Assembly (NCBI RefSeq): GCF_017876815.1
Contig: NZ_JAGIOS010000001.1
Location: 270,001 to 302,000, forward strand
Reading direction: 5' to 3'
From: Sinorhizobium meliloti
Lineage (GTDB): Bacteria; Pseudomonadota; Alphaproteobacteria; Rhizobiales; Rhizobiaceae
Length of the DNA stretch: 32,000 nucleotides
The translations under genes were made by a program, and so were the position numbers. This document shows positions 25,630-32,000 of this stretch, in pieces. Within the stretch, counting starts at the first letter, position 1; every line of letters begins with the position of its first letter. A model generated the notes under the pieces. It saw only the letters and a list, made by a program, of their open reading frames with translations, made no database searches and was not told where the DNA came from.

Positions 25630-26223
25630 TCAGAGCCAGCCTATCGAGCCATCCACGATTTTCAGCAGGCGGTCCTGCGGTATCGCAGCGGCCGCCGCCT
25701 CATCGGCATCCATCTCCCCAAGCAGCTTGAACAATGCCCTGATAACGCCGCCATGGCTGACGCAGACCGTAGGCCGCGTCACGCTCCTGAGCCAGGCACC
25801 GACACGCCAGGACAGGATTTCGTAGCTCTCGGCGTCAGGACCGGGCGGAATGAAATCCCATTTCGCGACGCGCCTCTCCGCGATCCGCTCGGGCACGAGC
25901 CGCTTCAGTTCGGGAAGCGTGTAGCCTTCCCAGTCGCCGAAGGACACTTCCTTCAGACGCTCGTCGGTGCGGTAGGCCAAGGGATCGAGATCCATCGCCC
26001 GCCGAAGACGCTCCATGGTTTCGCGCGTACGGCCGAGCGGGCTGCTGACGAAATCGAAGTCGGCCGCGCCGCTCCCGATGATCCTGCTCAACGCGACGCC
26101 GTTCCCGGTCGCCTGCTGCCGCCCGGTCTCGTTGAGGGGGATGTCCTTCTGACCCTGAAGGCGGCTCTCCGCATTCCAGTCCGTTTGTCCATGGCGAACC
26201 ATGTAGATGAGCACAATGTCCAC
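25630..26223 (-). CDS. Histidine phosphatase (phosphoglycerate mutase) family protein
   Basis: ORF track 25630..26256. The catalytic RHG motif lies in LIYMVRHGQTDWN. The start is uncertain: candidates are GTG 26221-26223, ATG 26254-26256 and ATG 26200-26202. Confidence 0.75.
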   Translation of the reverse strand: MDIVLIYMVRHGQTDWNAESRLQGQKDIPLNETGRQQATGNGVALSRIIGSGAADFDFVSSPLGRTRETMERLRRAMDLDPLAYRTDERLKEVSFGDWEGYTLPELKRLVPERIAERRVAKWDFIPPGPDAESYEILSWRVGAWLRSVTRPTVCVSHGGVIRALFKLLGEMDADEAAAAAIPQDRLLKIVDGSIGWL

Positions 26224-26309
26224 TCCGGGCGAGCCGCCGCGATCCCTACCGCACATTCCGCAAACCGCAGCCGGTTTGAAGATAGAACATGCAGCAGTTC
26301 AAAGTGTTA

Positions 26310-26344
26310 CAGCCGCCATGCGGCCGAAGGACGCATGGCGGCTG
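26310..26344 (-). terminator. Terminator-like hairpin downstream of fabI
   Basis: Perfect 13-bp stem CAGCCGCCATGCG / CGCATGGCGGCTG with a 9-nt loop, 15 nt after the fabI stop. The minus-strand tail TAACACTTTG is only weakly U-rich. Confidence 0.5.
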
Positions 26345-26358
26345 TCGAGCAAAGGCTG

Positions 26359-27177
26359 TCAATCCTTCAGAACGCTGATGTCCGGCGCGTCAACGGCCTT
26401 CATGCCGACCGTGTGGTAGCCGGAATCGACGTGATGGACTTCGCCGGTGACGCCGCTCGACAGATCGGAAAGCAGGTAGAGGGCAGAATTGCCGACCTCC
26501 TCGATCGAGACGGTGCGCTTCAGCGGGGCGTTGTATTCGTTCCACTTCAGGATGTAGCGGAAATCACCGATGCCGGACGCAGCAAGCGTCTTGATGGGAC
26601 CGGCGGAGATCGCGTTGACGCGGATGCCGCGGTTGCCGAGGTCGACCGCCAGATAGCGAACGCTTGCCTCGAGGGCCGCCTTGGCGACACCCATGACGTT
26701 ATAGTGCGGCATAACCTTCTCGGCGCCGTAATAGGTGAGCGTCAGTATCGAGCCGCCGTCGTTCATGACGCGATCCGCACGTGCGGCGACCGCCGTGAAG
26801 GAATAGACCGAAATGTCCATCGTACGCGCGAAGTTGTCGCGGCTCGTATCCAGGTAGCGCCCCGTCAATTCGTCCTTGTCGGAAAAGGCGATCGCGTGCA
26901 CAACGAAATCGATCTTGCCCCACTTCTCTTCGAGGGCCGAGAATACGGCATCGATCGTGGCGAGGTCGGTCACATCGCAATGGCCGGCCATGAAGGCACC
27001 AAGCTCCTGCGCCAGCGGCTCGACGCGCTTTTTCAAAGCATCGCCCTGCCATGTCAGCGCGATTTCAGCCCCTGCCTCGGCCAAGGCCTTCGCGATGCCC
27101 CACGCAATCGAGCGATTGTTTGCGACGCCCATGATGACGCCGCGCTTGCCATTCATCAGACCCGATGCCTGAGCCAT
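26359..27177 (-). CDS. fabI: Enoyl-[acyl-carrier-protein] reductase (NADH)
   Basis: ORF track 26359..27285. ATG at 27175-27177 with GGGGA upstream gives MAQASGLMNGKRGVIMGVANNRSIAWGIAK, the classic FabI N-terminus, and about 272 aa. Confidence 0.92.
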   Translation of the reverse strand: MAQASGLMNGKRGVIMGVANNRSIAWGIAKALAEAGAEIALTWQGDALKKRVEPLAQELGAFMAGHCDVTDLATIDAVFSALEEKWGKIDFVVHAIAFSDKDELTGRYLDTSRDNFARTMDISVYSFTAVAARADRVMNDGGSILTLTYYGAEKVMPHYNVMGVAKAALEASVRYLAVDLGNRGIRVNAISAGPIKTLAASGIGDFRYILKWNEYNAPLKRTVSIEEVGNSALYLLSDLSSGVTGEVHHVDSGYHTVGMKAVDAPDISVLKD

Positions 27178-27377
27178 GGAATGTCCCCAATACTGTCTGC
27201 CTCCACCAGCTGCTGCCGGTGGCAAAATTTCACAAATGCCAGGATGCCGCGCCTCCTGCAGCGGGTGCGGCAAATTGTCGAGCATTGCCTATGGCATAGG
27301 CGCCACAGCGGTTCAAGCAGGAGGCGGATCAGGAACTGTTAGTCCCCGTAATATTGGTTCAGCTTGTCAGAAAAGCT

Positions 27378-28433
27378 TCATAAAAAGAGGCCGTCACGTT
27401 GGGATCGCATGAGGTCCGTCACCTTGTCGTCCGGTTTTTCATGCAGCACCACCCGCAATTCGACGATCAGGTCGCCGCTTTCCCCGTCGGCGCCGCGCAA
27501 GCCCTTGCCGGCGATGCGGATCTCCTTGTCGGAGCCCGACCACGCCGGTACGGCCACCGTGAGCGGTCCGTTCGGTGCCTCGATCGTCGTTTCGCAGCCG
27601 AGAACCGCGTTCTGAAGATCGATCGGCAATGTGGTGACGATGTCGAGACCGCGGGTCCGGAACGGGCCGTCCTGACTGAGGCGCAGGGTTGCCACCACGT
27701 CGCCGCGCGCCATCCCGGCAACACGGTAGCCCTGCTCCTTCAGGCGGATCGCCTGGCCGTCCGTCGCGCCGGCCGGGATGGGGACCTTCAGCAGCTCTCC
27801 ATCCGGAAGCTCCACCGGCACGCGCGCGAGATTGATCACGTCTTCGACGCTGGCGTGAACGTCGACGGCAAGATCGGGCACCTTCTCGGCCGTTTTCGCG
27901 ATGCGTCCGCGAATACGCTGGACGATCGCCGCGACCAGATCCGCCGCCGGCATGATCGAGCGACGGGCAAGCGCGTCGGCTTTCGGCTGCTCTTGTTTTG
28001 CTTCGGCGGCAGGCTCGGTTTTGGCTTCCACCGGCGCACGTTCCCTTTCGGCGGGACGCGCGGAAGACTTCGGCCTCGCGGAAGTGGCCTGCGGCTCGAC
28101 GCCGAATATGCGCGAAATCGCTTCCTCGGCCGTTTCGGCGCCGACAGGCTCGTCCGGCACCTCCGCGCCTCGCATCTTCTCCTTCATCGCCTCCATGCGA
28201 CGAAGCTCCGCCTCGCGCCGCGCCCAGTCGTAGCGGCTTCTGCGCACCGGGTCGCGAAGCAGCTCATAGGCCCTGCCCGCTTCCGCGAAGCGCTCGTTGG
28301 CGGTGGGATCGTCCTGGTTGTGATCGGGGTGGACCGCTCTGGCTACGGAGCGCCAGGCCGCCTTGATTTCCTCTTGCCCGGCGGTGCGACGCACACCAAG
28401 AATTGCATAGGGATCGCGCATGGCTGCTATCAT
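27378..28433 (-). CDS. J-domain protein with DnaJ C-terminal-like domain (no zinc finger, no G/F region)
   Basis: ORF track 27378..28475, whose first codon is GTG. The J domain reads DPYAILGVRRTAGQEEIKAAWRSVARAVHPDHN with an HPD motif. The start is probably ATG 28431-28433 or 28419-28421. The central region is acidic and Ala/Pro-rich, and the C-terminus has a DnaJ_C-like beta domain. Confidence 0.8.
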   Translation of the reverse strand: MIAAMRDPYAILGVRRTAGQEEIKAAWRSVARAVHPDHNQDDPTANERFAEAGRAYELLRDPVRRSRYDWARREAELRRMEAMKEKMRGAEVPDEPVGAETAEEAISRIFGVEPQATSARPKSSARPAERERAPVEAKTEPAAEAKQEQPKADALARRSIMPAADLVAAIVQRIRGRIAKTAEKVPDLAVDVHASVEDVINLARVPVELPDGELLKVPIPAGATDGQAIRLKEQGYRVAGMARGDVVATLRLSQDGPFRTRGLDIVTTLPIDLQNAVLGCETTIEAPNGPLTVAVPAWSGSDKEIRIAGKGLRGADGESGDLIVELRVVLHEKPDDKVTDLMRSQRDGLFL

Positions 28434-28638
28434 TTTCTTTACTCGGCGGTCCTTCCCCGGATGCCCGCCTGACACCTCACGACGATCGAAGAGGGTCTGG
28501 GAAAACCTTCTCCGTCCACGAGAGATGATCGGGCGAAGTTGCTAACTATCGGTTAGTCGGAGGCGGGGACGCGCTGCCGAAAGCATCGTCCGGGACGCTT
28601 CGCCGGCCGCTTTGCGGCAATATGGTTAACCTGCGATT

Positions 28639-29094
28639 TCAGCTCCGCGGGCCGAAGCTCGTCAGGTACCATTCCCCGTTGCCGAGCTGGCAGGTGTTGC
28701 CATCGAACTTGGCAATGCCCTCGAAGGAGTGCCGGGTCGTCGTGAAGCGGCGGCAACGCATGCCCGAGGCATGGTCTTCCTGGATGCTGCTGATGACGCC
28801 GGCGCTGCCGGAATTCGCATTGGCCCAGGGGATGGTGCTGTCGTGGCCCTGACTGATGTCGGCAGAGGTAACGAGGTCGCGCACGGCTATGGCATCGGAA
28901 AGGCCGTCGGATGTCTTCGCCACCGGCACGGTTCCGGTCGAGACCGAACGATCGACGCCCGATCCCCCGAAGACGTCGAGGCCCGCGCCCATGCACCCCG
29001 GCAGAGCGAGAATCGTCACGCAAATTGCCGCGCTGCGCAGCAATGCGAAGGAAAGACCCTTCTTGCCATCGTTCCGCTTTGCTATGTCTTGCAC
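28639..29094 (-). CDS. Outer-membrane surface-antigen-type lipoprotein (17-kDa antigen / COG4520-like)
   Basis: ORF track 28639..29217. GTG at 29092-29094 has AGGA 6 nt upstream and gives VQDIAKRNDGKKGLSFALLRSAAICVTILALPGC (lipobox LPGC). The C-terminal part is WANANSGSAGV...CRRFTTT...GNTCQLGNGEW. The alternative ATG at 29160 lacks an SD. Confidence 0.65.
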   Translation of the reverse strand: MQDIAKRNDGKKGLSFALLRSAAICVTILALPGCMGAGLDVFGGSGVDRSVSTGTVPVAKTSDGLSDAIAVRDLVTSADISQGHDSTIPWANANSGSAGVISSIQEDHASGMRCRRFTTTRHSFEGIAKFDGNTCQLGNGEWYLTSFGPRS

Positions 29095-29235
29095 GGCAAT
29101 CCTGTCAGACTCGCCAGAGCGCACCACGTCCCGAGGAAGTCCGCAGGCAGGCTCTGACATTATTACGATGCGGAAACACCACTCGGGCTCATCCCGAAGC
29201 GTTCCCGCGCCAGACACACGGCATTGGAAAACAAT

Positions 29236-29856
29236 ATGACCGCGAACGAGTTAATAACCGGTGACTTCACGGAAGCAAGCGAGCCCTTTTCCCTTTTTGG
29301 CACATGGCTGAAGGAAGCCGAAAAGAACGAGGTGAACGATCCGAACGCCGTCGCCCTTGCGACCGTCGACCCGGATGGCATGCCCAATGTGCGCATGGTC
29401 CTGCTCAAGGGGTTCGACGAACGCGGCTTCGTCTTGTACACGAATTTCGAGAGTCAGAAAGGCCGGGAAATGCTCGCGACCCGCAAGGCGGCCCTGTGTT
29501 TCCACTGGAAATCGCTGCGCCGCCAGGTGCGTCTGCGCGGTCCGGTCGAAATCGTCTCCGACGAGGAAGCCGACGAATATTTCATGAGCCGGCCCCGCGG
29601 CAGCCGCATCGGCGCCTGGGCATCGAAGCAGTCACGGCCGCTCGAAAGCCGCTTTGCGCTGGAGAAGGCCGTCGCCGAGTACACGGCTCGGCATGCGATC
29701 GGCGAGATTCCACGTCCGGACTACTGGTCCGGATTCCGCATCCGTCCGCTGTCGATCGAATTCTGGCACGACCGCCCCTTCCGGCTGCACGACCGTGTCG
29801 AGTTCCGCCGCGAAACGCCGGATGGCGGCTGGACGAAAGTGCGGATGTACCCCTGA
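29236..29856 (+). CDS. pdxH: Pyridoxamine 5'-phosphate oxidase
   Basis: ORF track 29224..29856, whose first codon is TTG; ATG is at 29236. PNPOx signatures are [43 protein letters not shown] and the C-terminal [14 protein letters not shown]. Confidence 0.92.
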   Translation: MTANELITGDFTEASEPFSLFGTWLKEAEKNEVNDPNAVALATVDPDGMPNVRMVLLKGFDERGFVLYTNFESQKGREMLATRKAALCFHWKSLRRQVRLRGPVEIVSDEEADEYFMSRPRGSRIGAWASKQSRPLESRFALEKAVAEYTARHAIGEIPRPDYWSGFRIRPLSIEFWHDRPFRLHDRVEFRRETPDGGWTKVRMYP

Positions 29857-29879
29857 CGAAAAGACGCTGCCACCGCGAG

Positions 29880-30938
29880 TCAACCTGCCCGGCGGGCAAG
29901 GAGCCGGAACGGGATGCCGGAACCGAGTGCGGTCACATAGCGCGCGGCCTGGAAATGGCCGTTGAGCGAAATCCGCGGCAGCGCATGAGGATTTGCAGCC
30001 TCGGACAGCATGCCGGGCTGCGTCGTCACCGCCACGGCAAATCCGAGTTCCGCCGCCAGCAAATGATCGCGGGGCGAAACCGCGAGCCTGTCACCATAGG
30101 GATAGGCGAAGCTCGAGGGCCGGCGACCGGTGATCGTCCTGACGCGTTCGGCGGAGGCTGAAATTTCGCGGCGCGCCTCGTCGTCGCCAAGCCGCGCGAG
30201 TGCGCGATGGCTGATCGTGTGCCCGCCGAGGCTCGCAAGCGGACTTCGGATCAGGCTCCGGAGACCCTCCTCGTCGAGCGTCAGACGCTCGGTGATGGCC
30301 AGCGGGTCGATGCCGTGCTCGTGCGCGGCCTTATTCAGTGTCGCGAGCGCATGGGCCTCATCGCTGCCATGGACATAGGCGGCGATCCGATCGAAGGCGG
30401 CCTGCTTCTGCGCAAGGTTGTCGCTCGCTACTGCTTCCTCACCTGCGCCGAAATCGAAACGAAACCTGCCGCAGACGGACAGGAGATCGGCGATCGTTTC
30501 CCACCAGAGCGTATGGCTGCGGTCGAGATAACCGGCCGTGACGAAAACGGTGAAGGGCACGCCGTGGCGCTCGAAGACCGGCAGGGCGTGATCGAGATTA
30601 TTGCGGTAGCCGTCATCGAGAGTGAAGCAGGCGAAGGGCCAGTTATCGGCGGAAGCAAGGCAGGCGGGCAGGTCATCCAGCGGGACGAGGCGATAGCCGT
30701 CCCGCTTCAATGTCACGATCGCCTCTTCGAGGAATGCCGGTGTGATTTCCAGGTGGGCGTTGGGATCGAAAGCTCGCGGAACCTTCGGGCGAACATGATG
30801 CAGGGTGAAGATCGCCCCGCGCCCGCGAGCCGCGCCCATCAGCCGCGCCCGCGCAAGCAGATGCGCAGCCTCGAGCCCGCCGGTGATAGCGGTGCGCTTG
30901 GCATGGTAGCGGACCAGACCCGCGAAGCCGTGTTTCAT
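29880..30938 (-). CDS. Polysaccharide deacetylase (NodB-homology) family protein
   Basis: ORF track 29880..31127. ATG at 30936-30938 is preceded by GGAAGAAG. The NodB motif is FACFTLDDGYRNN, with later HTISH and Pro-Tyr-Gly motifs. Confidence 0.75.
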   Translation of the reverse strand: MKHGFAGLVRYHAKRTAITGGLEAAHLLARARLMGAARGRGAIFTLHHVRPKVPRAFDPNAHLEITPAFLEEAIVTLKRDGYRLVPLDDLPACLASADNWPFACFTLDDGYRNNLDHALPVFERHGVPFTVFVTAGYLDRSHTLWWETIADLLSVCGRFRFDFGAGEEAVASDNLAQKQAAFDRIAAYVHGSDEAHALATLNKAAHEHGIDPLAITERLTLDEEGLRSLIRSPLASLGGHTISHRALARLGDDEARREISASAERVRTITGRRPSSFAYPYGDRLAVSPRDHLLAAELGFAVAVTTQPGMLSEAANPHALPRISLNGHFQAARYVTALGSGIPFRLLARRAG

Positions 30939-31147
30939 CTTCTTCCGTCTTCTCAAATCGTCATGTCGAGCTTGGACAGGCACTGCGGCCCGGACGGTAA
31001 CGTCTGCGGGGTTAAGCCTTGCTGAATCGGCCGGGCGATGCGAAAGACCGGGCCGCGTCTGGGCGGCGAGGTTGCAACTACGCCTTGAGCCTGTCAAAAC
31101 AGCGTACCGCGTCGATATCGGCCGCACATCTCTATGAGGGGGGTTCG

Positions 31148-32000
31148 ATGACGAGCTTTCGATTGGCTATGGCGACGATCGCCGTGCTTTTCTTCGGTGC
31201 CGTTCAGGCAATGGCAGGCAACGCCTCGCTTGTCGTCGACGCTCGGACGGGCCGGGTTCTCTCTGCCGAAAACCCCGACACGCTCCACCATCCCGCGTCT
31301 CTCACCAAGATGATGACGCTCTACATGACCTTCGAAGCGCTTCACCGCGGCCAGATCGCCTGGAAAACGCCTGTGCCCGTGTCCGCGACCGCTGCACGCA
31401 AGCCGCCGACGAAGCTCGGCGTCAAGGCCGGAGGAACGATCACCGTCGAAGAGGCTGTCTACGGCATGATCGTCCGTTCGGCCAACGACGCGGCGGCAGC
31501 GATGGCCGAGCGGCTTGGCGGTTCCGAGGAAGGCTTCGCGAGAATGATGAACGCAAAGGCACGCCAGCTCGGCATGAACCGCACATTCTTCGTCAACGCT
31601 TCGGGTCTGCCGGCAAGCGAACAGGTGACCACGGCCCGCGACATGGCGCGGCTGGCCGTGGCACTCATGCGACACTATCCACGCGAGTACCGCCTGTTCT
31701 CGGTCCAGAGTTTCGCCTTCCGCGGTCGTGTGATCCGAGGCCACAACAATCTGATGTATCGATACCAGGGGATGGACGGTATCAAGACCGGCTACACGCG
31801 AGCCTCCGGCTACAATCTCGTAAGCGCGGTGAACGACCGCAACCGACGCCTCATCGGCGTGGTGCTCGGCGGGCGGAGCGCGCGAAGCCGTGATGAGAAG
31901 ATGGCGGCGCTCCTCGACCAGCACCTGGGCAGGGTCTCCTCGCCCGGCCGCCCGATGATCGCAGCAGCAAGCGCACCCCGCCTGGCCGACGTGGCAAGCT
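31148..32000 (+). CDS. D-alanyl-D-alanine carboxypeptidase (S11 penicillin-binding protein), 3' end beyond the window
   Basis: It is absent from the ORF track because no stop occurs in the window, so I translated it by hand from ATG 31148 (GAGGGGGG upstream): MTSFRLAMATIAVLFFGAVQAMAGNASLVVDARTGRVL... It has SxxK (ASLTKMMT), SxN (RSAND) and KTG (IKTGYT). Confidence 0.85.
   Translation, partial: MTSFRLAMATIAVLFFGAVQAMAGNASLVVDARTGRVLSAENPDTLHHPASLTKMMTLYMTFEALHRGQIAWKTPVPVSATAARKPPTKLGVKAGGTITVEEAVYGMIVRSANDAAAAMAERLGGSEEGFARMMNAKARQLGMNRTFFVNASGLPASEQVTTARDMARLAVALMRHYPREYRLFSVQSFAFRGRVIRGHNNLMYRYQGMDGIKTGYTRASGYNLVSAVNDRNRRLIGVVLGGRSARSRDEKMAALLDQHLGRVSSPGRPMIAAASAPRLADVAS

Noticed and set aside
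25619-25630. The convergent stops of the small secreted protein gene and the histidine phosphatase gene are only 10 nt apart, with no terminator between them.
   Set aside because: Tight convergent ends are common in compact bacterial genomes. Nothing in the sequence indicates a specific regulatory antisense mechanism.
31022-31036. The CtrA-like motif TTAAGCCTTGCTGAA (TTAA-N7-TGAA) in the deacetylase / DD-carboxypeptidase divergent promoter region.
   Set aside because: One half-site is mismatched against TTAA-N7-TTAA, and no second supporting feature is present. Such near-matches are common.

Overview
This is a high-GC alphaproteobacterial chromosomal core segment. Gene content and order look Rhizobiaceae-like, possibly Sinorhizobium/Ensifer; that is inference only, since no search was possible. 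I support about 32 protein genes, nearly all housekeeping.

Genes in window order:
- HAD hydrolase, orphan Leu/Ile/Val-type solute-binding protein, lipoprotein, thrC, M16 peptidase.
- A GNAT acetyltransferase whose stop overlaps the start of a large 7TM-PAS-GGDEF-EAL sensor.
- YqgE/AlgH, a DsbD-alpha-like periplasmic protein, a Prx5-type peroxiredoxin, rnhA, APH-type thrB, ispH.
- A complete mitochondrial-type aa3 cytochrome c oxidase cluster on the minus strand: ctaC, ctaD, ctaB, an untracked 46-aa membrane ORF, ctaG, ctaE, an L,D-transpeptidase-like relic, DUF983 and SURF1.
- IalB-like protein, a RibB/degenerate-RibA fusion, aroC, a small secreted protein, a histidine phosphatase, fabI, a J-domain protein, a surface-antigen lipoprotein, pdxH, a polysaccharide deacetylase, and a 3'-truncated D-Ala-D-Ala carboxypeptidase.

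Non-coding content:
- Five copies of a GC-rich hairpin repeat (RIME/REP-like), all at convergent gene junctions.
- Two other structured intergenic elements.
- Several terminator-like hairpins.
- One perfect FNR/FixK-type box next to ctaC.

I saw no tRNA, rRNA, CRISPR, IS, integrase, phage or defence-like genes, and no convincing novel multi-gene system. The best leads are the FNR/FixK box in the ctaC-ialB intergenic region, the uncharacterised small genes embedded in the oxidase cluster, the degenerate-GGDEF/intact-I-site/EAL sensor coupled to a GNAT, and the dispersed repeats. All family calls come from motif recognition by eye. Start codons are less certain than stops.
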